A DNA stretch of 64,000 nucleotides from an uncultured Candidatus Saccharibacteria bacterium (GCA_964459225.1 CAYWKB010000001.1:180140-244139); one strand, 5' to 3'. Shown: positions 1-10,626, counted from the stretch's first letter. The notes: generated by a model not told the origin, from the letters alone. Made by a program: numbers and translations.

Positions 1-1283
1 GCAAATTGTATTTGTGAACTTGTAAGTACTGGAGTGTTACTTGAAATCTTACTTGTGTAACATCCTTTCACTGATTCATAATTATTTTTTGTTGCTATAA
101 GTGTATTAAGAGAAGAATCTTTATTTGTTTTTATACTACTTGTATTACTGATATAAATATCCAGATTTCTCAACATTGTAGATTTTGCGTCAGCGACTTG
201 TTGATTATTAGAACTATTTGAAGCATTTGCCTCGTTTTGAATCTGGGTTACATATGCACTTTTATCACCTGCTCCACTACCACTAAGTGCTGTAAGTCCT
301 GATTGTAATACTTGTGTTACAAGTTGAGCAAAGAGTGCATCCACAACTTCATTTATCTCATCTGCTAGATTAAGAGCATCTGCCGGTACACCTAATTGTT
401 TATCGAGTGATCCTGCAATAACAGATCCTGGTGTCTGAACATCACATTTTTGATATCTATTAACTTCTCTTTGGGCGTAATATGCCTCCTCTGATCCTTT
501 TTCTGTTTTTGCTAAAGCTTGTTCGGCATAGTAGGCTTCTTCAGAACCATCGTTTTGACATTTCTTCCATGACAAAAATCCTCTTCCCTGACTTAGTTCA
601 TCTTTTTGTTGAATTTGTGCACCTGCAACTCTAAGTGATAATTCACTATCTGCTGTTAAATATGCTCCGTAAGGGTTGTTGGCAGGTTCAGTTGTCATGG
701 TTACAAAGGCTGGCCAACCACCTTGTTTGAAATCTCCCGCAGTAAAACCATTTATTGAAGCGCCCTCAACTGCGTTTTTTGAATTTTCTATAATCTTACC
801 TAATGTACATGTATATCTTTGTTGAACTCTTGGATGATATTTAAATGAAAGTGCCAAACGAATATCAATACTAAAAGGACTACAAAGACTTGCAAGTGGC
901 CCACCTGTTTTAGCCAAAAAGTCTCCAGTGATTTGATCAGCAACGTCTAGGAAAAATGCACCTGGATTTTGTATAAAAGCAGGACTACCTTCAAAACCAG
1001 AATTAATCCAATTAACAACACTTGCAGTTATTTGTCTCACAACTTGTTTTAATAGAGTTGTAACTAGACCATCGAGTACGTATTCCTTTAATTCTAGAGA
1101 ATAATTTGAAAATGAGCTAACTGTTGAGTTAATTGCTGTAATTGTTGTTTGAACAATATTTCCTGCATCTACAGTCGCTAACTGTGCATTTGATGTTTTA
1201 ACATTTAAATTAAATAAAAATACAAATATAAAAGCTATATTTATTATTTTTGATATTATTTTTTTATTTAATAAACATTTCAT
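1..1283 (-). CDS. Secreted hypothetical protein, 3'-truncated by the window edge. N-terminus MKCLLNKKIISKIINIAFIFVFLFNLNV looks like a signal peptide.
   Basis: The open frame runs on the minus strand from an ATG at 1281-1283 to the window start with no stop. It is missing from the ORF track because it is partial. It contains an internal duplicated SEEAYYA(E/Q) segment. Confidence 0.5.
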   Translation of the reverse strand, partial: MKCLLNKKIISKIINIAFIFVFLFNLNVKTSNAQLATVDAGNIVQTTITAINSTVSSFSNYSLELKEYVLDGLVTTLLKQVVRQITASVVNWINSGFEGSPAFIQNPGAFFLDVADQITGDFLAKTGGPLASLCSPFSIDIRLALSFKYHPRVQQRYTCTLGKIIENSKNAVEGASINGFTAGDFKQGGWPAFVTMTTEPANNPYGAYLTADSELSLRVAGAQIQQKDELSQGRGFLSWKKCQNDGSEEAYYAEQALAKTEKGSEEAYYAQREVNRYQKCDVQTPGSVIAGSLDKQLGVPADALNLADEINEVVDALFAQLVTQVLQSGLTALSGSGAGDKSAYVTQIQNEANASNSSNNQQVADAKSTMLRNLDIYISNTSSIKTNKDSSLNTLIATKNNYESVKGCYTSKISSNTPVLTSSQIQF

Positions 1284-1285
1284 AA

Positions 1286-2188
1286 TTAACTTTTTATTGG
1301 ATTTACTCCTACAAAATTCAAATAACTTTTAATTCCATTATATGAATTATTAAATGCTTCAGCGTATTTGAGATAATTCCCTGCCCCCTGTATACCCGCA
1401 ACTGGATCCTTTTCTATTTTTTTAAATGATTCTGCTACAAAGATTAAACCACTAAGTGAATTTATTAAATCTAAATGTAATTGTGAAATTGTATTCGGTA
1501 CTTTTGTTTTTAATAATTCATTAAGCATATTTTTATAGCTTGCTATTATCGGATCGAGTTCATTAAGAATTTTCATATCTTGTTTATCAACTGCATCCTT
1601 TGCTATTATGCCCTCATTTCTTGATTTAACTGCGTATTTATTTAAAATCGTATTGACTTTATCTCCGTATGACTTTATTGCATTTGTGCTTGTATCTGAA
1701 TCAATAATAATATTTGATATCGAATAACTCTTAGCCTGCATTGTGCCTATTACACTTATTACGCTTTGATTCATTGCGTCTTCCTGGCTCTGCTTGTCAC
1801 CTGATATACCCATTTTTCTAAGTTCCATATATCTAGCAAAAAAGTCACGACTTAAAAGTTCTGTGCTAGTTAGGGGTTCTTTTTTATCTCCCGCATCTTT
1901 TATTTCTGATGCTTTGCTACTAATATCCCCCTTACTTTTTGCATCCCTCGGGTCACTCCCTACTAGTATTTCTTCCCAATCTTTTAATCCATCGCCATCT
2001 GTGTCTATTCCTGAATCTAATTTATCATTCATTACACTTATTTCATTTGCTACATATGTTTCTGGTGTTTTTTGATTTCTGTATTCAGCAAATACAAAAG
2101 CTCCTCCGACAAGAAGGATTGCAATAAAGATCAAAATCACGTTTCTAACACTACCTTTTTTAATTGTTTTTGTGTTTTGGTAATTCAC
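1286..2188 (-). CDS. Membrane-anchored hypothetical protein with a DTDGDGLKDWEE (DxDxDG) calcium-binding-like motif.
   Basis: 300-aa ORF with an N-terminal transmembrane segment (ILIFIAILLVGGAFVF) and a thrombospondin-type-3/dockerin-like Ca-binding motif. Confidence 0.5.
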   Translation of the reverse strand: MNYQNTKTIKKGSVRNVILIFIAILLVGGAFVFAEYRNQKTPETYVANEISVMNDKLDSGIDTDGDGLKDWEEILVGSDPRDAKSKGDISSKASEIKDAGDKKEPLTSTELLSRDFFARYMELRKMGISGDKQSQEDAMNQSVISVIGTMQAKSYSISNIIIDSDTSTNAIKSYGDKVNTILNKYAVKSRNEGIIAKDAVDKQDMKILNELDPIIASYKNMLNELLKTKVPNTISQLHLDLINSLSGLIFVAESFKKIEKDPVAGIQGAGNYLKYAEAFNNSYNGIKSYLNFVGVNPIKS

Positions 2189-2221
2189 GTGGGCAGTATT
2201 CTCGATACTGCTTGAATTATA

Positions 2222-3058
2222 TCAAGATATACAAGTAAAACCTACGATTTTTTTCCACATTTCTAGACTTACATTTTCTGCTCTGATATCAGGTGGTATA
2301 TTTTGACTTTCCCATATATTTTGAAGGGTATTTTTGGGTATTTTATCTTCTAAATTCCTAATTAAAAACTTTCTTTTATGAGCAAAACCTGCTTTTATGA
2401 TTTCAAAAAAAGTTTTTTCGTCAATTTTACTATCTATGAAGAATTTTTTGGAAATATTTTCAATCATAATTACCGCAGAATCAACATTTGGCATAGGTCT
2501 AAAAAATTTACGAGGAACGGTGCAAATATATTTAGGATTACCATAAACTTTGACTGAAATTGATAAAATACTCTCTTTTTTGTCTACAATTCTCTTTGCA
2601 ACCTCTTTTTGTACCATAACAATCATTTTATCTGGTGTATTTTTGTATTCTAGAAATTTCCTCATAAATTCACCAGTGATATAGTACGGAATATTTGCAA
2701 TAATTGTATATTTACCTAAAGAATCAATAAAATCCTCACTTAATTCAAGTACATCTTGATTTAATATGGTTAATTTCCCATCTTTCACGTATTCTGCAAA
2801 TTTTTCATTTAAATACGGTATTGCCCTATCATCTTTTTCAATTGCAATCACATTTCCACCAGATTCAAGTATTTTTGAAGTCAACGCTCCTTTACCAGGG
2901 CCTATTTCAAGTACTTTTGTGCCCTCAATTATATTCCCTGCTTTTACCATGGCGCTAATAACATTTGGAGCATGCAAAAAGTTTTGACCAAGTGACTTTT
3001 TGGCTTCAAAATTTAATTGATTATTTATTTCATTGTTATTTTCTGTGTAATTTTCCAT
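2222..3058 (-). CDS. rsmA: 16S rRNA (adenine1518/1519-N6)-dimethyltransferase KsgA/RsmA.
   Basis: Carries the GQNFL motif and the EIGPGKGALT SAM-binding motif. Length is 278 aa. Confidence 0.9.
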   Translation of the reverse strand: MENYTENNNEINNQLNFEAKKSLGQNFLHAPNVISAMVKAGNIIEGTKVLEIGPGKGALTSKILESGGNVIAIEKDDRAIPYLNEKFAEYVKDGKLTILNQDVLELSEDFIDSLGKYTIIANIPYYITGEFMRKFLEYKNTPDKMIVMVQKEVAKRIVDKKESILSISVKVYGNPKYICTVPRKFFRPMPNVDSAVIMIENISKKFFIDSKIDEKTFFEIIKAGFAHKRKFLIRNLEDKIPKNTLQNIWESQNIPPDIRAENVSLEMWKKIVGFTCIS

Positions 3059-3065
3059 TTTAAAT

Positions 3066-5033
3066 TTAAAAATCTATAAAAATAGCTTTAATTCCCCTCG
3101 GTTCCTCGGCATCGCCCTTTGATTGTATGTGTTCATCGCCAATATCACTTATAAAATGTGAAGGAGTATTTAACTTTTGTGCACCGTATATTGTTCTTAT
3201 TTGAGCATAACTCAAAAATACTTTCATTCTTGCTCTTGTTATTGCGACATAAAACAATCTCCTCTCCTCTTCCATTTCACTTTGACTTGCCCCTTTACCA
3301 TCTCTACCCTCACCCATTCTTGCATGTGGGAATAAATCTTCCTCAAGACCCGCGATAAAGACATAGTTAAATTCTAGACCTTTTGAAGCGTGAACAGTCA
3401 TCAATTTTACTGCATTATTATCCTTTTCCATTTCATCTTGATCTGTTGCAAGGGCTACATTTTCGAGCAGCTTTTCGATTGCACGTTCTGCACCCTCATC
3501 ATTAAATACCTGATCGTATTGCGATGCAACAGTAACTAATTCCCTAAGGTTTTCAAGCTTTTCTTGTTCTTCTGGGCCGCCGTTTCTATAGGCTGTTTCC
3601 ATTCCAGTTTCCTTTATTATGTATTTTATAAGATTTGATGGAGATTCCTTTACTGCTGTGTTTTTGATTCTCTCTAAAAGATTAAGGAAAACAGACACTT
3701 TATTTCTAATTGCAGGGCCTAATGTGTTTTCCTCGCCGACAATCACTTTCATTATTGTTGTTTTACCTATACCGCGTGGAGGTACATTTACTATTCTAAC
3801 CATATCATTTGTACTTTCCCTATTAAGTGATGCTTTTATAAAAGAAATCACATCTTTGATTTCTTTTCTTTCAAAAAATTTAACTCCAAGTACTTGATAT
3901 GGAATATTTTTATGTAAAAATGCTTCTTCAAGTACTCTAGATTGGAAATTTGCACGATAAAGTACTGCAATATCTCTAGGTTCACTACCATTTCGCATTA
4001 AATTTCTAACTTCTTCAGCTATCATTCTTGCTTCCTCTTGTTCAGTGTATGAAATAAGTAATTCAATCTTTTCACCTTCATGGTTTTTGGTAAAAAGATT
4101 TTTTTCTCTTCGCATTACATTTTTCTTTATTACATTATTTGCTGCGGTCAATATTGTTTGTGTTGATCTGTAATTTTCTTCAAGTGTAATGACTTTTGCT
4201 TCACTATATTCCTTTTCAAAATTCAATATATTTGAAATATCTGAACCTCTCCAGCTATATATATTTTGATCAATATCGCCTACCACACATATATTTCGAT
4301 GATCTTTTGCAAGTAATGAGGCAATTTCGTATTGAACCTTATTTGTATCCTGATACTCGTCTATATGAATATATTTCCATATTGTTGAATATCTCTTCCT
4401 CACATCCTCGTTTTGTCTAAGTAATACTGCGGTTTTTAATAATAAATCATCAAAATCTAATGATTTTTCCCTATTTAGCGTAGCTTCGTATTTTTCCCAG
4501 ACTTGAGCGACTATTTTTTGAAAATACTCTTTATTTGAACTTTTATATGAATTTATAGTATTGCCATCACCCTTTTCCCTTGAAATTGTATTTAAAATAG
4601 TACCTGGATCGTATTCCTTTGGATCTAAGCCTGATTCGATAAGTGCATCTTTTACTGCTTTTTTTGAATCTCCCCTATCGTATATAGTAAAATGCCTTGG
4701 AACTCCTAATAATTGTGAATTTTCCTTGATAATGTGCACTCCTAATGCGTGAAATGTACTAACAAATGGTCTTTCACTAAAAGAAATAGGTATATTTAAC
4801 TCTTTGTCCTGTTCAATAAGATGAAATACTCTCTCTCGCATCTCTTTTGCGGCTTTGTTGGTAAAAGTTATAGCTAAAATTTCTGATGGCTTTACGCCAT
4901 TTTTAATCAAATTAAGTATTCTGTGTGTAATGGTTTTTGTTTTACCTGCCCCTGCTCCAGCAATAATAAGTAGAGGTCCACTTAGGGTATTTACCGCTTC
5001 ATTTTGTGCCTTGTTTAATCCGCTCTCTTTCAT
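3066..5033 (-). CDS. UvrD/PcrA-family ATP-dependent DNA helicase.
   Basis: Walker A motif GPLLIIAGAGAGKTKTIT and the UvrD helicase motif succession. Length is 655 aa. Confidence 0.85.
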   Translation of the reverse strand: MKESGLNKAQNEAVNTLSGPLLIIAGAGAGKTKTITHRILNLIKNGVKPSEILAITFTNKAAKEMRERVFHLIEQDKELNIPISFSERPFVSTFHALGVHIIKENSQLLGVPRHFTIYDRGDSKKAVKDALIESGLDPKEYDPGTILNTISREKGDGNTINSYKSSNKEYFQKIVAQVWEKYEATLNREKSLDFDDLLLKTAVLLRQNEDVRKRYSTIWKYIHIDEYQDTNKVQYEIASLLAKDHRNICVVGDIDQNIYSWRGSDISNILNFEKEYSEAKVITLEENYRSTQTILTAANNVIKKNVMRREKNLFTKNHEGEKIELLISYTEQEEARMIAEEVRNLMRNGSEPRDIAVLYRANFQSRVLEEAFLHKNIPYQVLGVKFFERKEIKDVISFIKASLNRESTNDMVRIVNVPPRGIGKTTIMKVIVGEENTLGPAIRNKVSVFLNLLERIKNTAVKESPSNLIKYIIKETGMETAYRNGGPEEQEKLENLRELVTVASQYDQVFNDEGAERAIEKLLENVALATDQDEMEKDNNAVKLMTVHASKGLEFNYVFIAGLEEDLFPHARMGEGRDGKGASQSEMEEERRLFYVAITRARMKVFLSYAQIRTIYGAQKLNTPSHFISDIGDEHIQSKGDAEEPRGIKAIFIDF

Positions 5034-5310
5034 GAGTACAACTATATCATGTATCAGTTAAAACATATCAAAATAAAACAATTTATTATAAGAACATTCA
5101 ATAGTGTTTTTGACTGTAATACACATTTATTGTATCGTTTTTTGTGTCCACAGGGCCTATTGACTTTAATTTTTCACTAGCGTAGTCTAGATAGGTAACC
5201 AAAAAATATTGGTATACACATGGCTCTATAAAGCCATATTCTGTAAATTCTGAATTACCGAACACCTCAAAAAGGTAAATGGATGATATTGACGCAGGAC
5301 TATTTATATC

Positions 5311-6411
5311 ATGCAATTTTTAAATAAAAATCTAAGCGGTAAAATACAAAATATTTCAAACATCTCATCAAAGATGTTTATTTCTCTTTTTATACTTTCA
5401 ATAACCTTTATTAGCTATAATACAAATATTAAGACAGCAAATGCTGGTCTTTTTTCTTCTCTAACTGATCTTGTTGGTGATGATGTATCTGCTGAAACTC
5501 AAAGCACAAAAGCAGTAGTTAATTCACAAAACATGGCATTATTGCAGGCTGCTGTAAACACTGATCCTACTCCACATAAAAATGATGACTACACACCTAT
5601 ATCTAATGGTAATGCATTAGTTGCTGAAGTAGGTCCACAAGGTACATTATCTGAATTACAAGAGGATGTTTCTACTGAAATTAGTGTTTATACAGTTAGA
5701 GAGGGCGATAGTCTATCAAAAATAGCCGAATTATTTAATGTTTCTGTTAATACTATTATTTGGGCAAATGATTTAAATAAAAATTCAAGTATAAGCGAAG
5801 GACAAGTACTTATTATATTACCTATTTCAGGTATCAAGTATACAGTCAAAAAAGGAGATACAATAAAAGGAATTGCATTAAAATACAAGGCAAATCTCGA
5901 TGAACTTTTACAATATAATGATATTACCCTTTCAACTAATCTGAGGGTTGGAGATGCGATTATCATTCCAGATGCAGAATCTACTGTTGTAGAGACACCA
6001 AAATTAGCTAAAAATACTAAGACAACAACAAACAAAGTACATGATGCTGATGGTCCTTTTTATCCTGGATATTACATAAGACCAATTGAGGGTGGACGAA
6101 AGTCACAAGGACTACATGGATATAATGCCGTTGATCTAGCTGCCCCAGCAGGAACTATTATAAGAGCTTCAGCTTCAGGAACAGTTATTGCAAGTATGAA
6201 AAATGGTGCATGGAATGGTGGTTATGGAAATTATGTAATCATTTCACATAAAAATGGCACTCAAACTCTATATGCTCATACACAGAAAAACTTTGTAAGT
6301 GTTGGAGATTATGTTGAACAAGGTCAAATGATTGCTAAAGTTGGAAATACAGGTAAATCAACTGGTAATCACGTTCACTTTGAGATAAGAGGAGCTAAAA
6401 ATCCTTTCTAA
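5311..6411 (+). CDS. LysM-domain peptidoglycan endopeptidase of the M23 family.
   Basis: Two LysM repeats (YTVREGDSLSKIA..., YTVKKGDTIKGIA...) and a C-terminal M23 signature (YAHTQ...GNTGKSTGNHVHFEIR). The true start is probably an internal Met before the signal peptide MFISLFIL. Confidence 0.85.
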   Translation: MQFLNKNLSGKIQNISNISSKMFISLFILSITFISYNTNIKTANAGLFSSLTDLVGDDVSAETQSTKAVVNSQNMALLQAAVNTDPTPHKNDDYTPISNGNALVAEVGPQGTLSELQEDVSTEISVYTVREGDSLSKIAELFNVSVNTIIWANDLNKNSSISEGQVLIILPISGIKYTVKKGDTIKGIALKYKANLDELLQYNDITLSTNLRVGDAIIIPDAESTVVETPKLAKNTKTTTNKVHDADGPFYPGYYIRPIEGGRKSQGLHGYNAVDLAAPAGTIIRASASGTVIASMKNGAWNGGYGNYVIISHKNGTQTLYAHTQKNFVSVGDYVEQGQMIAKVGNTGKSTGNHVHFEIRGAKNPF

Positions 6412-7952
6412 TTTATCTTTTGTCTGTACTGTAATGCTTCTAATACGTGGTTTTTGTTTATATCTTTTGAATTATCCAAATCTGCAATAGTTCTAGATAG
6501 TTTAATAATGCGATGATATGCCCTTGCTGATAATGATAGTCTTTCGGCTGACTTTTTTAATAATGTATTTACCTCATTACTTAGTACAATGCATTTTTCA
6601 ATATCTTGAACGGACATTTCGCTATTATATTTTTTATTTAATATTTTGAATTTTTCATATCTCTGTAATTGTACTTGCCTACATTTTATTACCCTACTCC
6701 TTATAGTCTCTGAGCTTTCTGAATGATCCTGTGAATTCGATAATTTATCGTATTCTAACTTTGATACTGATATCCACATATCTATACGATCCACTATTGG
6801 ACCAGAAATCCTCTTTCTATAATTTTGTATGTCTTTGGACTGACAATTGCAATTTTTACCTACTCCATAACCACATGGACATGGATTCATCGAAACAATA
6901 ACTATACATTGTGCTGGAAATGTTAATGTTCCCTTTGCTCTACCTATAGTTACAACATGATCTTCAAGTGGTTGTCTTAATGCTTCGATTGACTTTTTAT
7001 CGAATTCTGGAAATTCGTCCAAAAACAATACTCCCCTATGCGCCAAAGTTATTTCCCCTGGTTTTGGATATGGTCCTCCACCTATAAGTGATACATGCGA
7101 AGAAGTATGATGCGGTGATCTAAAAGGAGCTTTTGTAATAAATGTTTCATTAAGTGTTCTAGCTATAGAGTGTATGCCAGTGACTTCAAGTATTTCATCG
7201 TATTCAAGACAAGGCAAAATACTTTGAAATGCCTTAGCGAGCATTGTCTTTCCTGTGCCTGGTGGGCCAAACATTCCTATATTATGTCCTCCGCATGCAG
7301 CAATTTCTAATGCCCTTTTTGCAGAGTCCTGTCCCTTTATAATACTAAAATCATTATCAAATATATTATTTGTATTAACGTCCCTGCTCTTGTTTATCAA
7401 TGTCTTTTTCTGCTTTTTAATTTTGCAGTCCTTTTTATTTGTTAAATGATTTATTATTTCATTTAGATTTTTGACTGGATATATCTTGATACCAGATACG
7501 AGGCCGGCTTCCTCCCTGTTTTTGTATGGTACATATATTTCTTTAAATCCATTGTTAACCGCACCTTTTGTAAGTGGCAATATACCACTAACCTCCCTAA
7601 TATCCCCTTCAAGTGACAGTTCACCAAGAAATATTTTGTCTCTTTCATCAAAATCAATATCCCCGCTTGCGAGTAAGTATGCAAGAGCCATACCTAAATC
7701 AAATGAAGGTCCCTCTTTCCTTATATGCGCTGGTGCAAGAGATATGACCACTTTTTGATTTTTTTGCTTTGGCGATACATAGCCAGTATTTTTAATTGCA
7801 GCTGATACCCTATCTTTTGACTCATCAACTGCTTTATCACCAAGACCTACAATCGAAAATGCGTGTAAACCATTTGAAAGATCAACTTCAATATCAATAA
7901 TATGACTATCAAGACCAGATAATTGTAAACTATAAACTTTTGCTATACTCAT
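6408..7952 (-). CDS. comM: ComM/YifB Mg-chelatase-like AAA+ ATPase (competence protein ComM).
   Basis: N-terminal YifB domain and a GPPGTGKTMLAKAF Walker A motif. Length is 514 aa. Confidence 0.9.
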   Translation of the reverse strand: MSIAKVYSLQLSGLDSHIIDIEVDLSNGLHAFSIVGLGDKAVDESKDRVSAAIKNTGYVSPKQKNQKVVISLAPAHIRKEGPSFDLGMALAYLLASGDIDFDERDKIFLGELSLEGDIREVSGILPLTKGAVNNGFKEIYVPYKNREEAGLVSGIKIYPVKNLNEIINHLTNKKDCKIKKQKKTLINKSRDVNTNNIFDNDFSIIKGQDSAKRALEIAACGGHNIGMFGPPGTGKTMLAKAFQSILPCLEYDEILEVTGIHSIARTLNETFITKAPFRSPHHTSSHVSLIGGGPYPKPGEITLAHRGVLFLDEFPEFDKKSIEALRQPLEDHVVTIGRAKGTLTFPAQCIVIVSMNPCPCGYGVGKNCNCQSKDIQNYRKRISGPIVDRIDMWISVSKLEYDKLSNSQDHSESSETIRSRVIKCRQVQLQRYEKFKILNKKYNSEMSVQDIEKCIVLSNEVNTLLKKSAERLSLSARAYHRIIKLSRTIADLDNSKDINKNHVLEALQYRQKIN

Positions 7953-7961
7953 GGATTCAAA

Positions 7962-7988
7962 ATATCATATTGAAATGAAATCCAAATA
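7962..7988 (-). promoter_or_regulatory. Conserved upstream motif (reverse complement ATTTGGATTTCATTTCAATATGATATT) about 20 nt upstream of the comM start codon.
   Basis: Near-identical cores also lie upstream of the 12588 gene and of comEC at 50459. Confidence 0.45.
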
Positions 7989-8029
7989 AAAAACTGATAA
8001 AATCTAAATGAAATTTTTATCAGTTTTTT
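7988..8029. terminator. Bidirectional rho-independent terminator hairpin.
   Basis: Perfect 15-bp inverted repeat AAAAAACTGATAAAA/TTTTATCAGTTTTTT around a 12-nt loop, flanked by an A-run and a T-run. It lies downstream of the dksA-like gene. Confidence 0.7.
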
Positions 8030-8058
8030 ATTTTATAGCCTTTGTTATACTCATCAAA

Positions 8059-8424
8059 CTAATTATGCATATGTGCCTTGCAGGTTCTTGCTGAAGGATT
8101 GGCTTCTAATCTATCTTTTTCAATTAATTCCCCTGAAATTTCACAAATACCGTATTTACCCTTTTCTATTCTGTCTAATGCTGCCTTTACTTCCATGTAT
8201 TGTGGTTCAAGCTTACCTATTATTGCTTCATTTTCCTCTAATTCTTCAAATTTATCTGCTACTTCATTATCATCAGCACTGTCTGTTTCGATATCTGTTG
8301 TTGTTGCAGACCAATCATTTGGATTATTTGGATTAACCTTTCCAACACTTTGAAGCTCTCCCTCAAGCAGAGACTTTTCCTTTAATAGTTTTTCCTTGAA
8401 ATGCTGTATATCATTATTATTCAT
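8059..8424 (-). CDS. DksA/TraR-family protein with a non-canonical C-terminal finger.
   Basis: Coiled-coil N-terminus plus a C-terminal C-x2-S...C-x2-H segment (CEISGELIEKDRLEANPSARTCKAH), which resembles the DksA Zn finger but with Cys replaced by Ser and His. Confidence 0.6.
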   Translation of the reverse strand: MNNNDIQHFKEKLLKEKSLLEGELQSVGKVNPNNPNDWSATTTDIETDSADDNEVADKFEELEENEAIIGKLEPQYMEVKAALDRIEKGKYGICEISGELIEKDRLEANPSARTCKAHMHN

Positions 8425-8433
8425 ATATACATT

Positions 8434-9840
8434 TTATCTTATATATGTTTGCTTTTCAATACGTTCAATTAAGGCAGGTATTACAATTTCTGAATCTGTT
8501 ATTAGTATTGTATTTTTATCTAAAAATGTATAAAGCAATAGCATTTCACCGTTTTGTGTTTTGAATTCTCTTATATCTCTGTTTTTTATAACTTTATCTT
8601 CAAAATTACCTTTAATATTGTAGAAATTTGAAATAGTCGATGTGCTATTTGAGGTATTTCTGTATGCAATTTCTTTATAATCAAATATATTCATGAATTC
8701 ATCAGGCATAGTCTCTTCCCATTTAAGCATTCCCGCAAAAGCATTTTGGAAAAAGTCATTTGTGAGAATGATAAATGGAATATTTTTGCCATTATATGAA
8801 TAAATACCTAACATCCATCTATCCGTTAGCGATCTCTTTAATGTATCTGTAATTTCAAATCCCATTGCTTCTATAAACTTTTTTGAACCAAGTTTAATGG
8901 TTGTTGAGGCTGCAGTCTTTATTGCAGGGACTATTTCGTATATTTGATTATTTGGAATATCGTATTTATTGAATTGACTATTAACAAACTGAGTTAGCAT
9001 GCCTTTTTTGAGTTCTGGTGCTGAGACAACTTTTAATGCATCAGGAGTTATTACACTTGGTATTTTGCCTTCTTGTTTAACTACAGGTTGTTTTGCGAGC
9101 GGACTAATAGTGTATAAATAATAAGCGCCAAATCCACCAGCGACTATAAATATAAGACTAAATACAAATTTAAGTATATTTTTACCTATATTTGAACTTT
9201 CTTTATTTGAAATTACTTCTGAATTAGAATTTTTAGAGTTTTCGGCTATAACTATTTTGGCAACAGATGCTCTTTTTTTAGTCATTGCCTCTGCCATATC
9301 ACTTTCGTATGTTCTAATCGGTTTTTGACCTTTAAAATCAGTTGTGGCTACATTTTTATTTTCATTTTCACTACTATTATTTAAAATAGGGCTTTGACTT
9401 TGAGTTGATTGGTTTTGTGTTAATGGATTTTGCTGTACCGGTTGAGTCTGTTGTACTTGTTGAACTTGCCCAATATTACCCTGCTCTGTTTTTATGGGTT
9501 GTGCGATATTATCTTTGATAATATTTAGTTTTATCTTATTTAAACTAGCATCAATACTCTCCTTTTTTTCTTCTTCTGATTGAATTGGGCTCTTACTTAA
9601 CTGAGCTATAGTACTATTTGGTAATGTATTCGTGCTTGTTTTTGTAATAGTGTTGTTATTTGTATTAGGAATTGGTCCTTGATTTGAAATTATATTAGAA
9701 GCAACAGTACTATTTCTTATTTGTGCACCATTTTCTGTTTGTGCGTGTAAAACATCAAAGTTATTTGAAACCTTTTTGGGATTTATATTACTATTTTGCA
9801 AAATACTAGAGACTTTTGATTGTAAATCTTCTCCTTCCAT
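8434..9840 (-). CDS. Hypothetical membrane protein with a Q/N/T-rich low-complexity N-terminal region.
   Basis: 468-aa ORF with a single transmembrane segment (ILKFVFSLIFIVAGGFGAYYLY). No recognisable motifs. Confidence 0.45.
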   Translation of the reverse strand: MEGEDLQSKVSSILQNSNINPKKVSNNFDVLHAQTENGAQIRNSTVASNIISNQGPIPNTNNNTITKTSTNTLPNSTIAQLSKSPIQSEEEKKESIDASLNKIKLNIIKDNIAQPIKTEQGNIGQVQQVQQTQPVQQNPLTQNQSTQSQSPILNNSSENENKNVATTDFKGQKPIRTYESDMAEAMTKKRASVAKIVIAENSKNSNSEVISNKESSNIGKNILKFVFSLIFIVAGGFGAYYLYTISPLAKQPVVKQEGKIPSVITPDALKVVSAPELKKGMLTQFVNSQFNKYDIPNNQIYEIVPAIKTAASTTIKLGSKKFIEAMGFEITDTLKRSLTDRWMLGIYSYNGKNIPFIILTNDFFQNAFAGMLKWEETMPDEFMNIFDYKEIAYRNTSNSTSTISNFYNIKGNFEDKVIKNRDIREFKTQNGEMLLLYTFLDKNTILITDSEIVIPALIERIEKQTYIR

Positions 9841-9864
9841 ATGTATTTAGTATACAACCTAACC

Positions 9865-10491
9865 CTATTCCTGCCCAGACAAATCTGCGATATCATCAGC
9901 AACTGTTCCAAGTGTTGCATCTTTTGGACCTCTTTTTTTGAAACTATTTTTACTAGATTGTTTACCTGCTTTATGAAATTGTCTATGACCTATTAGATAT
10001 TTTGAAACATTTTCATCAAGATCAAAAAAATCATCCACAACTTCACGAAGTTTTGTTGATGTTGATTTACCAAATGATACTACCTCTACCTGACATCCTT
10101 CATTAACTTTCAAATATTCAACAAGTGGTGCAAAGTCTCCATCACCGGTTAAAAGTATTACTGAGTCTAGCTTCGGAGCGAGCTTTACTGCGTCTATTGC
10201 CATACCCACATCCCAATCTGCCTTTTTTGCTCCACTTCCAAATATTTGCAGGTCTTTTGTCTTTGTTTCTATACCCATTTTTGTTAATGCTTCAAAAAAT
10301 GCCTTCTCATCCCCTCCTTCCGTTGTTATCACATATGCAACGGCACGTATTAGAGATCTCTCCCCTACCGCATCTTTTACTATTTGACCAAAATTCACTT
10401 TTGAATGATATAGATTTTTAGCACTATGATAAATGTTTTGAGTATCTATAAAAACTCCAACTCTTTGTTCCTTATGTTTAATTACTGACAT
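9865..10491 (-). CDS. NYN/LabA-like (PIN-like) domain protein.
   Basis: VFIDTQN and LLTGDGDFAPLVEYL motifs typical of NYN/LabA domains, followed by a basic C-terminal tail. Confidence 0.75.
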   Translation of the reverse strand: MSVIKHKEQRVGVFIDTQNIYHSAKNLYHSKVNFGQIVKDAVGERSLIRAVAYVITTEGGDEKAFFEALTKMGIETKTKDLQIFGSGAKKADWDVGMAIDAVKLAPKLDSVILLTGDGDFAPLVEYLKVNEGCQVEVVSFGKSTSTKLREVVDDFFDLDENVSKYLIGHRQFHKAGKQSSKNSFKKRGPKDATLGTVADDIADLSGQE

Positions 10492-10626
10492 ATAAAATTA
10501 TTCTTATTAAATTATTAAAAAATTACTTACTACTATTACCTATTATTACTTATTAAAATCACATTAAATATTTAAAATAAATACAAATATTTATTAAAAC
10601 ACTTCAAATATTATACCATAAAGATC

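Noticed and set aside
1794-2127. Antisense ORFs inside annotated genes here and elsewhere (e.g. 21567-21947, 26453-26764, 30312-31676, 48679-49344)
   Set aside because: They are low-complexity translations of the opposite strand of long, well-supported genes. This is typical AT-rich shadow-ORF noise.
5098-5316. 72-aa minus-strand ORF between the helicase and the LysM gene
   Set aside because: It overlaps the probable promoter and start region of the LysM-M23 gene and has no recognisable features. It is likely spurious.
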